DNA of 64,000 nt from Candidatus Eiseniibacteriota bacterium (GTDB lineage Bacteria > Eisenbacteria > RBG-16-71-46 > SZUA-252). The DNA lies in the NCBI GenBank assembly GCA_963703225.1, contig OY969801.1, positions 2,624,001 to 2,688,000 of the forward strand. Direction: 5' to 3'. A model generated the notes under the pieces. It was not told the origin of the DNA. It was given only the letters and a program-made list of their open reading frames with translations, and did no database searches. The stretch's first letter is position 1, and each line of letters opens with the position of its first letter. Positions 28,799 through 39,661 of this stretch are shown piece after piece. The position numbers were made by a program, and so were the translations under genes.

Positions 28799-30511
28799 CT
28801 ACGCGGGCCGATACGGTCGGTACACGGGCTCCCAGATCATGGAGCGCACGCGGCCTTCCACCGCGTCTGCCGGGATGGGCGGGGCCGCGCCGCTCGTGAT
28901 CAACGATGTTGCCACCGCGACGGCGACGCGAAACGATACATCGCGCAGGCGCGCGAGGGGCGGATAGATCGGCTCGCCGGGCCGGCCGGTGATGGTCGTG
29001 AATTCGTGGACGGCGTTCCCCGCCGCCGCGAAGGCCTGATCGGTCAGCCGGCTGGCGCCCACGGCGATCGCGCCGAGGCCAACACCCGGAAAGACGAGCG
29101 CGTTATTCCCCTGACCGATGCTGTGGGTCACGCCCGCCACGGTCACGGATGGGAACGGGCTTCCCGTCCCCACGACGGCCGCGCCCCCGGTCCACTGGAG
29201 CAGGTCGGACGGCGCCGCTTCCGCCTTGGAGGTCGGATTGGAGATCGGCAGGATGATCGGGCGCGGGCAGCCTCGAAGCATCGCGCGGACGATGGGCTCG
29301 GTGAAAGCCTTCGGTTGCCCGGAGGCACCGACGAGAATGGTGGGGCGATGCTGTTCCACGACCTCCGCGAGCGAGATCATTCCGGCCGACTTGACGCCCC
29401 ATCCGCGAACCATCGCGGGGTCGGCGGCGATCAACGCCTTTTCGCCTTCGAGGCCGGGCCGATCGCTGAGGATCAGGCCCTTGGAATCGAGGCTGAGGAC
29501 CCGCTCGGACAGGGCGCGCTCCGGGACGGCCGCCTCCCGCAGGGCCGCGCGGGCGGCCAGCGCGCACCCGGCGCCGGAAGCGCCGGCTCCGAAAAAGACG
29601 ATCCGCTCCTCCGCGAGCGTGCGGCCGACGTGCCGGAGCGCGCTACGGATCCCCGCGACGACGACCGCGCCGGTTCCCTCGATATCGTCGTTGAACGAGA
29701 GCAGCCGATCGCGATGGCGCGCCAGGACGCGGAATGCGTTTCGGCTCGCGAAGTCCTCCCATTGCACGAGGGCGCGCGGAAAGGCCTCACGGATGGCGGC
29801 GACCAGCTCGTCGACGAGGGCGTCGTACGGAGCACCTCTCAGGCGGCGGTGGGTGACGCCGAGGTAGAGCGGGTCGGTGAGGAGCGCCTCATTATCGGTG
29901 CCGACGTCGAGATCGATCGGAAGGCAATGCGCGGGATGGATGCCGGCTCCGGCGGTGTAGAGGGCAAGCTTGCCGATGGGGATCCCCATGCCGCCCACTC
30001 CCTGGTCCCCGATCCCGAGTATGGCCTCGTTGTCCGTGACGACGATGACGCGGACGTCGGTGTAGGGCGCGTTTCGGAGGATGGAAGCGATCCGGCCCCG
30101 GTCCTGCGTGGAGATGTAGAGGCCCCGAGGGCGGCGGTAGATGTGGCTGAACTGCTCGCAGACCTTCCCGACGGTGGGGGTATAGACGACGGGGGCCATC
30201 TCCTCGAGATGGTCGACGAGGAGGCGGTAGAAGAGGGTCTCGTTTCTGTCTTGAAGCGCGGCGAGAAAGAGATAGCGCTGAACGTCGTCCCCGGCTCGCT
30301 GGTAGTTCTCGTAGGCGCGCGCGCGCTGCTCTTCTTCCGTCGCGACGCCCGGCGGGAGGAGACCCCGAAGCCCGAGCGCGTCTCGTTCCTCGGGGCTGAA
30401 GCAGGTCCCCTTGTTGAGAAGCGGGTCGTCTTGGAGCTCTTCGCCGCGGCGGAATACGGCCCAGTACCGCTGCCCCGTGGCGGGGTCGACCCGCTCGTCA
30501 AACCGCCCCAT
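28799..30511 (-). CDS. maeA: NAD-dependent malic enzyme
   Basis: LLNKGTCF, QDRNETLFY, VYTPTVG, ILGIGDQG, FNDDIEGTG, GAGASG, SNPTS. Start supported by TATACT 6 nt upstream. Confidence 0.93.
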   Translation of the reverse strand: MGRFDERVDPATGQRYWAVFRRGEELQDDPLLNKGTCFSPEERDALGLRGLLPPGVATEEEQRARAYENYQRAGDDVQRYLFLAALQDRNETLFYRLLVDHLEEMAPVVYTPTVGKVCEQFSHIYRRPRGLYISTQDRGRIASILRNAPYTDVRVIVVTDNEAILGIGDQGVGGMGIPIGKLALYTAGAGIHPAHCLPIDLDVGTDNEALLTDPLYLGVTHRRLRGAPYDALVDELVAAIREAFPRALVQWEDFASRNAFRVLARHRDRLLSFNDDIEGTGAVVVAGIRSALRHVGRTLAEERIVFFGAGASGAGCALAARAALREAAVPERALSERVLSLDSKGLILSDRPGLEGEKALIAADPAMVRGWGVKSAGMISLAEVVEQHRPTILVGASGQPKAFTEPIVRAMLRGCPRPIILPISNPTSKAEAAPSDLLQWTGGAAVVGTGSPFPSVTVAGVTHSIGQGNNALVFPGVGLGAIAVGASRLTDQAFAAAGNAVHEFTTITGRPGEPIYPPLARLRDVSFRVAVAVATSLITSGAAPPIPADAVEGRVRSMIWEPVYRPYRPA

Positions 30512-30558
30512 CCCGGCAGTATAGGGCCATCGCGCCGGATTGGTGGGCATCACCCCAC

Positions 30559-31026
30559 TTAGCGGATCGCGCCCTCCTTGCCGGCCATCCTCCTTAGAAG
30601 TCCCATCTGGCCGATGTGGTAGGCCTCGTGGAATTGGAGAAAATGGAGGGTATCCCCGAGGGATTCGTCCCCTTTCTTTGTCCCCAGATCCTCGTCCTTG
30701 AGCCGGCCCAACCCGGCGCGGATCCGCTCCTGCGCGATGCTGAAGTCGGCGAGGATCTTCTCGAATTTTCTCGCCCGGGCTCCGTCCTGAATCGGCGCCG
30801 ATCCCCGCTTGTACGGCTCGGCCTCCTCGGCCGTCCAGATCGGCTGCTCCCCGAGCAGCCCCAAGACGAAGTTCCGGTTCGCGACGACGTGGCCGGCCAC
30901 CCAGTTGAGGCAGTTTCCGCCGCCGGGCGGCTGGATCAGGCTCTCCTCGTGGCTCAGACCCTTGACGTTCAGCTCCACGGCTCTGTGGTTGATCCCGAAC
31001 AGCTTCTGCAACGCGTCGACGCTCAT
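30559..31026 (-). CDS. DinB/YfiT family protein
   Basis: NCLNWVAGH and FHEAYHIGQ His motifs. Confidence 0.88.
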   Translation of the reverse strand: MSVDALQKLFGINHRAVELNVKGLSHEESLIQPPGGGNCLNWVAGHVVANRNFVLGLLGEQPIWTAEEAEPYKRGSAPIQDGARARKFEKILADFSIAQERIRAGLGRLKDEDLGTKKGDESLGDTLHFLQFHEAYHIGQMGLLRRMAGKEGAIR

Positions 31027-31472
31027 GGCTGCTTCTCCTTTCCGGCTATCGGAATGGTGACCTCTTGGATGGCGTCCAAGACCGCCCGAAACCCCCCGAT
31101 CTCGCTTTCTTCCACCCGGGCCCTGACCGCTGCCTCGAAAGAGACCAGGACGCGGCGCAGGCGGTCCGCGGAGGCGGCTCCCCGGCGAGTCAGGCGGACG
31201 AGCACGACCCGGCGGTCCTTCTTGGATGCTTCCCGATGGACCAGCCCGCGATCGACGAGCCGCTGGAGCATGCTGGTGGCGGTGGATGGCTTCATCCCGA
31301 AGACGTCGAGGAGGTCCGCGATGGGACAGGGGCCATAACTCCTCAGGTACGAGAGCAGATGCCCCTCGGCCGTTCCCACCCCTTCCCCGGCGCAGAAACC
31401 CTCGAGGTACCGGCCGATCTGTCGGGTGGCTTTATGGATCGGCGAGAGAAACGAGAAGGTCAGGCGGCGCAT
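31023..31472 (-). CDS. MarR family transcriptional regulator
   Basis: KPSTATSMLQRLVDRGLVHR...DRRVVLVRLTRRG. Confidence 0.9.
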   Translation of the reverse strand: MRRLTFSFLSPIHKATRQIGRYLEGFCAGEGVGTAEGHLLSYLRSYGPCPIADLLDVFGMKPSTATSMLQRLVDRGLVHREASKKDRRVVLVRLTRRGAASADRLRRVLVSFEAAVRARVEESEIGGFRAVLDAIQEVTIPIAGKEKQP

Positions 31473-31494
31473 CGGTCGGTCTTCTCCAATCAGT

Positions 31495-31529
31495 TTATTA
31501 CGACATCGTATAGTACGATATCGTAATAA
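31495..31529. promoter_or_regulatory. Nested palindromic operator upstream of marR
   Basis: TTATTACGACATCGTA-TAG-TACGATATCGTAATAA: 16-bp inverted repeat with 1 mismatch, each arm holding a TACGAYATCGTA palindrome. Confidence 0.7.
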
Positions 31530-31636
31530 TACCCCCTGAGGCGTGATCGGGTCAAGTAGAAAATCGCGCGCCCCGGGCGGCGGCCGCTCGGGACGGTCGC
31601 CCCGCAGGGGCCCGTTTTTGGTACAATCCTTAGCTC

Positions 31637-33459
<1,823 letters not shown>

Positions 33460-33463
<4 letters not shown>

Positions 33464-34071
33464 CGCCCCGCGTTGCCCGTCATCGCCGTCGTGCTCGTTT
33501 TGGGACCCCGAAACACCCACCGCAAGAAACGATAGAGCTTGGCCAGCACCCAGACCGAGGCCACGAAGAGCACGATCACGATGCCGAGGGTGACCACCGG
33601 ATGCGCCGCCGCGAGCCACGCGAGCGCGATCGCGAGCCCGTCCTCGAACACGCTGAGCGACCAATTGCTGATCGGCTCCGGGCTCGTGTTCACCGCGGCG
33701 CGCGTCGCGGCCTTGGTCCCGTGCGACGTCAGGGCGATCCCTCCCGCGAGAAGCGCCGCCGCGATCCGCCACGGTTCGGGGACCCCTGCGACCATCGCGA
33801 ACGCCAGAATCGCCGCGGCCGGGGGACGGATGAACGTGTGGATCATGTCCCAGACCGAATCGACGAACGGGATCTTGTCGGCGAAGAATTCCACGACGTA
33901 GAGGAAAAGCGCGAGCCCGATGATGAGCGGGTGCGCCAAGGGCGCCAGGGGCGGGGGCAGCGCGACGACGCCGAAGCGCTCGAGGAGCCCGAGCGTCGCC
34001 ACGGTGGCATAGACGTTGAGCCCGGCCGCGAAGGAGGTGCCGAGGGCGAGACCGATCAGGTCGAGCGACAT
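33460..34071 (-). CDS. DUF4126 family membrane protein
   Basis: [39 protein letters not shown]. Confidence 0.88.
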
Positions 34072-34125
34072 GGGATGAAGGCTCCCGGCGTCCGGCCGCG
34101 TCGGAGCGGCTGTCCGCCCGGCTGG

Positions 34126-34521
34126 TTACGCCTTCGCCTCTCCACGGCGGATGATGGCGAAAGCAATGAGGGCCACGACGAAGAAAACAAGCAGCGCCCA
34201 AGCGACCCCTTGGAGCGTCTGAATCATGGTCCGGTAGACCTCGAGGCCGATGGAGGGGCCGTCCAGGGTCAGCACCCGGGTAGCACCCTGGGGATCGTAG
34301 CGCTCCGGGTGGACGTATTGCTCCAGCTTCCAGATCTGGACTCCGGAGGAAACCCCGACCACGAAGATCGCGAAGAGGAGAAAGCGATGCCAGCCGGAGG
34401 CGATCGCTTCTCCGATGATGCGGTCCAGAATTTGCCGGATGGGGCGGTTGAAGAAGAAGACGACCAGCGCCGAGGTCGCGAGCGCGACCCCGAGGGTCAA
34501 CGCCAGAAGAACGAGAAACAT
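34126..34521 (-). CDS. Hypothetical 3-TM membrane protein
   Basis: Hydrophobic ORF; TACACT 7 nt before the ATG. Confidence 0.75.
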   Translation of the reverse strand: MFLVLLALTLGVALATSALVVFFFNRPIRQILDRIIGEAIASGWHRFLLFAIFVVGVSSGVQIWKLEQYVHPERYDPQGATRVLTLDGPSIGLEVYRTMIQTLQGVAWALLVFFVVALIAFAIIRRGEAKA

Positions 34522-34604
34522 GCGAAGGAGTGTAGCGCCGAAGGGGGCGAAATGGGCGCAAGAATCGGAGCGCGGTCGACGTGTGGGATCGGTAGGTTCT
34601 GGCC

Positions 34605-35573
34605 ATGAAGGCTACCCCGACCCAGCACTCCCCTACCGCGGGCGCGCCGGACAAGGCCCACTCGCTCAAGCTCGCGGTCGCCTTCGCCTGCGTCTATTTC
34701 ATCTGGGGTTCCACGTTTCTCGGGATCCGCTTCGCCATCGAGACGCTGCCGCCGCTCTGGATGGCCGGGGTGCGGTTCGTGCTCGCGGGGAGCATCCTCT
34801 ACGGTTGGGTCGCGATTCGAGGAGCCGCCGAGCGCCCCACGTCGCGGCAATGGGCCGTGGCCACCCTTCAGGGGGGACTCTTCTTTCTGGGGGGAAATGG
34901 GGCGGTCACCTGGGCGGAGAAACGCGTCCCCTCCGGAATCGCGGCGCTCGTCGTCGCCATGATTCCCCTCTGGATGGTGCTGCTCGAGTGGGCGCGGAAG
35001 GGCGGCACGCGCCCGACCCGAGGTGTCTGGGTGGGTCTCGTACTCGGATTTCTGGGGATCGCGCTCTTGGTCTCCGGAGGGCGGGCGGGAGGCCCGGGAG
35101 GAATCGATGTCCTGGGAGGGATCGCGCTCCTTATATCCGGACTTTCTTGGAGCGTCGGGTCGATCTACACCCGCAACGCGGAGCGCCCAAGCAACCCGCT
35201 CCAGTCGAACGCCATGCAGATGCTCGCGGGCGGCATCCTGCTTCTGCTCGCGGCGTGGGTCAGCGGCGAGTGGGCTCGGCTCGACCTCGACCTCGTGTCG
35301 GTCCGGTCGGTCCTTTCCCTTCTCTATCTGAGCGTGTTCGGCTCGGTGATCGCGTTCTCCGCCTACAGCTGGCTCCTTCACGCCACGACGCCGGCGCAGG
35401 TATCGACCTATGCCTTCGTCAACCCGATGGTGGCGGTCTTCCTGGGGTGGGCGCTCGCGGGCGAGGTGGTCACGTCCCGCACGCTGGTCGCGGCGGCCGT
35501 CATCGTCGCGGCGGTCGCGATCATCGTCCTCCAGCGCGCCCGCTCCCCGCGAGCCAGCGTGACGTCCCGATAG
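34605..35573 (+). CDS. EamA/DMT (YedA-like) transporter
   Basis: VYFIWGSTF, VPSGIAAL, FGSVIAFSAY, TYAFVNP. Confidence 0.92.
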   Translation: MKATPTQHSPTAGAPDKAHSLKLAVAFACVYFIWGSTFLGIRFAIETLPPLWMAGVRFVLAGSILYGWVAIRGAAERPTSRQWAVATLQGGLFFLGGNGAVTWAEKRVPSGIAALVVAMIPLWMVLLEWARKGGTRPTRGVWVGLVLGFLGIALLVSGGRAGGPGGIDVLGGIALLISGLSWSVGSIYTRNAERPSNPLQSNAMQMLAGGILLLLAAWVSGEWARLDLDLVSVRSVLSLLYLSVFGSVIAFSAYSWLLHATTPAQVSTYAFVNPMVAVFLGWALAGEVVTSRTLVAAAVIVAAVAIIVLQRARSPRASVTSR

Positions 35574-35582
35574 GTTCGTGGG

Positions 35583-35618
35583 GTCGCGGCTCGGGGCGGG
35601 GGGTGTCGCGGCTCGGGG
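35583..35618 (+). repeat. 14-bp direct repeat in a G-rich intergenic tract
   Basis: GTCGCGGCTCGGGG at 35583 and 35605. Confidence 0.7.
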
Positions 35619-35640
35619 GACCTGTTGATATACTTCTCGG

Positions 35641-36033
35641 ATGAGCACGGTACCCAAAGATCCCATGAGGAAGTCCCCTCTCTTTCGACGGGTTGGCCTC
35701 CGACGCTGGGCACCCCTCGCGTTCGCGCTCTTGCTCGCGGCCGCGGCGGGATGCAAGGGCGCGATCCCGATCCAGGAGCTCCTCTCGAATGCATCGGGCT
35801 GCGACGGCCAAACGGTTCAGGTGGCGGGCGAGGTCAAGAGCGCGGCCGGCGTCCTCGGTCACGGCGTCTACCAGGTGGACGATGGTACCGGGACCATCAC
35901 GGTGGTCACCGAGAAGGGCGGCGTGCCGGTCCAGGGATCCAAGGTCGGGGTGCGCGGGACGTTTCACTCCGCCTTCACGGTCGGAACCGATGTCGTCGCG
36001 GTGATTGTGGAAAGCGAACGACAGACACGTTGA
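35641..36033 (+). CDS. Small OB-fold-like lipoprotein
   Basis: Lipobox AAGC; V.V.GEV...YQVDDGTGTITVV pattern; extended -10 6 nt upstream. Confidence 0.75.
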   Translation: MSTVPKDPMRKSPLFRRVGLRRWAPLAFALLLAAAAGCKGAIPIQELLSNASGCDGQTVQVAGEVKSAAGVLGHGVYQVDDGTGTITVVTEKGGVPVQGSKVGVRGTFHSAFTVGTDVVAVIVESERQTR

Positions 36034-36086
36034 GCCGGCGGGCGGGCGCCGACGCGCCGGCCCCAAACCATTCCATAGAGGTGTGC

Positions 36087-36222
36087 ATGGCAGCCCCAGC
36101 TCACCGACCCCTTCGGCCATGAATGGGCGATCGCGACGCACACCCGCGACCTCGCCCCGGAGCAGATCAAGAAAGGGGCTGAGGAGTTCTTCGCCCAGAT
36201 GGGCAGCGCCAAAGTCGGCTGA
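36087..36222 (+). pseudogene. Internally deleted VOC/glyoxalase (PhnB-like) remnant
   Basis: SD GAGGTG + ATG GCA GCC, then out of frame QLTDPFGHEWAIATHTRDLAPEQIKKGAEEFFAQMGSAKVG*, a typical VOC C-terminus. Confidence 0.7.
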
Positions 36223-36249
36223 GAGCGGCGCGCGGCGCCGTCGTCCGGA

Positions 36250-36290
36250 AAACGGAGGGGGTGGGACAGCGTCCCACCCCCGATCCGTTT
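36250..36290. terminator. Bidirectional hairpin terminator between convergent genes
   Basis: AAACGGA-GGGGGTGGGAC-AGC-GTCCCACCCCC-GA-TCCGTTT. Confidence 0.7.
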
Positions 36291-36294
36291 CACT

Positions 36295-38574
36295 TCATTT
36301 CGCGATGGTGATCCGGGTAGTGACCGGTCCGTCCGGGCCTGAGATCCGGAGAAAGTAGACCCCGGAGGAGAGCGTCGCGCCGTGGTCGCCGCGCGCGTCG
36401 ATCACCACGTCGTGGCTGCCGGCGTCCATCATCTCGTCGCGAATCAGGGTCTTCACGAGCCTCCCGCCGATGCTGAAGACCTCGGCGCGCACGCGGCCAC
36501 GCTTGGACGTCCCGAATGTGACGGTCGCCTGCGGGTTGAACGGATTGGGACGGACGATCGCGGCGAAGCGGCCTCCCGCCGGAATGACCTGTACCCTCAC
36601 CGTCGCCCGATAGAGTCCGTGTTGCCACAGCGTTCCCTCCAGCTCGAGGGTCGCCGGCGCTGGCCGATCGATGTGCCCGAGCAGCTCGCGCAGATCCTCG
36701 GTCCGGAAAGTCGCGCTCAGCTCTTCCACGCCGTTTCCGTCCTGATCTCCACCCGGGGTCAGACGACCCGATGGGTGGATCGCGTAGGTCGCATTCGGCC
36801 CGTCGCATCGAAGGACGACCTGGTTGACATCGACGTCATCCAGGCGAAACGAACCGTCCACCGGCTCGATCTGGAGCACCACACCCGCGCCCGTGGCGCT
36901 GAGGCCGATGCTTTGCGCTCCGCTCCGAAGAAACGCGCGGGCGGCATCGAGCCCGCCCGGCGCCGAGACCGTGACCGTGGTGCTGGCGGACACGTCATAG
37001 ATGCCGTCGGTGACGGCAAGGGTCGCCGTGTAGATGCCCGGCTCAGCGTAGGAGTGGCTTCGCACGGAACCGTGACCGTACGAGATATCTCCGAAGCTCC
37101 ACCAAAAGACGAGCGAATCGCCGTCGGGATCCGTCGTGCCCCGACCATCCAGCTCGACGGCCTCCCCGGCCACCGCCCGATAAGGCCCGCCGGTGCTCAC
37201 CACAGGCGGGCTCCCGGGTGGCACCGTAATCGACGCGGTCGCGGCGCTGGAGGTGGTGAACGTCCCGTCACTCACCTCGAGGATCACCTCGTAGTCTCCC
37301 GCCTCCGCGTAGGTATGAGAGGGGGAAGGCCCGAGTCCCTCTCCCACATCTCCGAACCACCAGTGGTAGTGAAGCGGTTGACCCTCCGGGTCGTATGAGC
37401 CGGTGCCGTTCAGCGCGAGCGGTATGCCCACAAAGCCCTGGTAGGGCCCCCCGGCGTTCGCGATCGGTGGGGTCTGCGGGCCAGAGCTGATGGTCGCCGT
37501 CGTGAGGTCGGCGACGGTGAAATGGCCGTCGTACACCGAGAGCTTCACGGCATACGTCCCGGGGCTATTGTATGTGTGCCAGGCATAGCTCCCGGTTGCC
37601 CACGCTCCGTCGCCAAAGTCCCAGGTGTAGCCGAGCCGATCCCCGTTCGCGTCCGAGGATCCCCTGCCGTCGAAGAACAGGGACAGGTGTACGAATCCCG
37701 AATAGGGTCCTCCCGCCCGGGCTACAGGCGGCGTCTGCTCGATGATCTTCGCGGTCGTCCAGGTGGAATGGCCGACCTCACCGTCGGTCACGGTGAGCGA
37801 TACGGTGTACTCGCCGGTCGCCGCGTAGGTGTGGGTCGGCGTCGCCCCTGTCCCGGTCCCGCCATCGCCGAAATCCCAGGCGTAGCTGATCGAGCGTCCC
37901 GATCGATTCAGGGTCAAGAGCGCGCTGAAGGCCATCTCCACGGTGGCGACCCCGAGATAGGGACCGCCCGCGTCCGCCACGAGGTCGTCGGCGATGCCGT
38001 CAGTGTCCTGCCAGTCGAGCCCGAGCTTGTAAGTGTTGTCGTCTTCCTTGGCAGAACACTGGGTGCCGAACGAGGTCAGATCGGTCGGCTGTGAGGGATT
38101 GAACGGCTCGAAGACGATCGCCGGACTCCCGGTCAGCGCGTGGACCTGAAGCCGCGCCACCCGATACCGGCCGGGATCACGGATGTAGAAGCCACCCCAA
38201 CCGTTGTGATACCAGCGCGGATCGGTGGTGTCCCCGGGATCGGAAAAGTGGCCGGGGTTTGGGGAGACCGGGAAGACGTTGTCGAGCGGCCCCCATTGGA
38301 CCGTGCCCCCCAGCGCGTGGAGCACGATCTCCCACGAGGCGATCGACAGGCGGGTGGTAGGGTCCACGTCGCACGTCGCCGGCGACCCATCCCGGTTCGA
38401 GTCCGTGTCGACCCAGATGTCGAGCATCGTCGTCCCGCTCGGGTCGAGCCGGTCGGAGGCGTCGTTGACGCCGTCCCCGTTCGCGTCGAGGTACATGTAC
38501 TGGGCGTTGGCAGGATTCGCGACGATGGCCAGAAGGAGGAAGACGACCGCACGGAGGCGCCCCGTTCCACTCAT
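36295..38574 (-). CDS. Secreted protein with 4 PKD repeats and C-terminal FlgD/T9SS-like domain
   Basis: Signal peptide ...PANA; four (A/T)GGPY...WxFGD...H(T/S)Y...L.V.DG repeats; C-terminal PNPFNP...GRLVKTL...SGVYFLRI. Confidence 0.88.
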   Translation of the reverse strand: MSGTGRLRAVVFLLLAIVANPANAQYMYLDANGDGVNDASDRLDPSGTTMLDIWVDTDSNRDGSPATCDVDPTTRLSIASWEIVLHALGGTVQWGPLDNVFPVSPNPGHFSDPGDTTDPRWYHNGWGGFYIRDPGRYRVARLQVHALTGSPAIVFEPFNPSQPTDLTSFGTQCSAKEDDNTYKLGLDWQDTDGIADDLVADAGGPYLGVATVEMAFSALLTLNRSGRSISYAWDFGDGGTGTGATPTHTYAATGEYTVSLTVTDGEVGHSTWTTAKIIEQTPPVARAGGPYSGFVHLSLFFDGRGSSDANGDRLGYTWDFGDGAWATGSYAWHTYNSPGTYAVKLSVYDGHFTVADLTTATISSGPQTPPIANAGGPYQGFVGIPLALNGTGSYDPEGQPLHYHWWFGDVGEGLGPSPSHTYAEAGDYEVILEVSDGTFTTSSAATASITVPPGSPPVVSTGGPYRAVAGEAVELDGRGTTDPDGDSLVFWWSFGDISYGHGSVRSHSYAEPGIYTATLAVTDGIYDVSASTTVTVSAPGGLDAARAFLRSGAQSIGLSATGAGVVLQIEPVDGSFRLDDVDVNQVVLRCDGPNATYAIHPSGRLTPGGDQDGNGVEELSATFRTEDLRELLGHIDRPAPATLELEGTLWQHGLYRATVRVQVIPAGGRFAAIVRPNPFNPQATVTFGTSKRGRVRAEVFSIGGRLVKTLIRDEMMDAGSHDVVIDARGDHGATLSSGVYFLRISGPDGPVTTRITIAK

Positions 38575-38773
38575 GGGCTCACCAACCTCTCGCGCGCGGG
38601 TCAGAACGATCGTCGCCGCGCGCTAGTATGCACCGGCCGAGGACTGAAAGCAGGGGAAGGAGGACTTTGGAGTCGGGTGGTACCACGCGCCGCTCCGCGA
38701 CGCGCGTAAAGAAAAGGCTAGTCCCCCGCCGTTCCGGCTGTCAAGCGGCGACTTCTCTGATATACAGGGCTGC

Positions 38774-39661
38774 GTGAGCTCCCAAGCGAGGGCGCGATTT
38801 CTGATATTGGCCGCCGCTCTTCTCTTCTCGATCGGCGGGGCCGGCATCAAGGCATGCGCCCTGACGAGCTGGCAGATTGCCGGCTTCCGCTCGGGCGTGG
38901 CCGCGATCACGATCTTGATCCTCCTTCCCGAATGCCGCCGGGGTTGGACGTGGCACTCGGTCTTGGTGGGCACGTCCTACGCCGTCACGATGGTTCTATT
39001 TGTCTTGGCGAACAAGCTCACCACGTCCGCCAACACGATCTTTCTGCAGTCTGCCGCACCGCTCTACGTCCTCTTGCTGGGGCCCTGGATCCTGGGCGAG
39101 CGAAACCGCGGATCCGACCTCCTCGTGATGGCGATGGTGGTCCTCGGACTCAGCCTCTTCTTCGTCGGGAATGAAGCTCCCGTCCGGACGGCGCCCGCGC
39201 CGCTCCAGGGAAACATCCTGGCGACGGTTTGCGGTCTCACCTGGGCCCTCACGATCATGGGGATGCGATGGCTGGGGCGCGAGGAGGACGCGGGGCGCGG
39301 CTCCGCGGCTCCTGCCGTCGTGATCGGAAACCTGATCGCGCTCGCCATCTCGCTGCCGTTCGCGCTCCCGGTGACCCACGCGCGGCCGCTCGACGTGGCG
39401 ATCGTGATCGGGCTGGGCACCGTCCAGATCGGGCTCGCCTATCTCTTCCTGACGCGGGCGTTGCGGCTCGTCCCGGCATTCGAGGCGATGATCCTGCTCC
39501 TGCTGGAGCCGGCTCTCAACCCGATCTGGGCTTGGCTCATTCACGGCGAGCGGCCTGGAGCGTGGCCGATCGTGGGAGGGGCGTTGATCCTCGGCGCGAC
39601 CGGGCTCAAGACGTGGCGGGATTCTCGCGATTCCCGAGGTACCGAACCACGAGGAGCGTGA
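38774..39661 (+). CDS. EamA/DMT transporter
   Basis: ANKLTTSANTIFLQSAAP, LEPALNPIW; about 10 TM helices. Confidence 0.88.
   Translation: MSSQARARFLILAAALLFSIGGAGIKACALTSWQIAGFRSGVAAITILILLPECRRGWTWHSVLVGTSYAVTMVLFVLANKLTTSANTIFLQSAAPLYVLLLGPWILGERNRGSDLLVMAMVVLGLSLFFVGNEAPVRTAPAPLQGNILATVCGLTWALTIMGMRWLGREEDAGRGSAAPAVVIGNLIALAISLPFALPVTHARPLDVAIVIGLGTVQIGLAYLFLTRALRLVPAFEAMILLLLEPALNPIWAWLIHGERPGAWPIVGGALILGATGLKTWRDSRDSRGTEPRGA

Noticed and set aside
38758..38776. TGA-TATACA 7 nt before the EamA GTG as another leaderless promoter
   Set aside because: It lacks the conserved final T of the -10 hexamer, so it was not counted.
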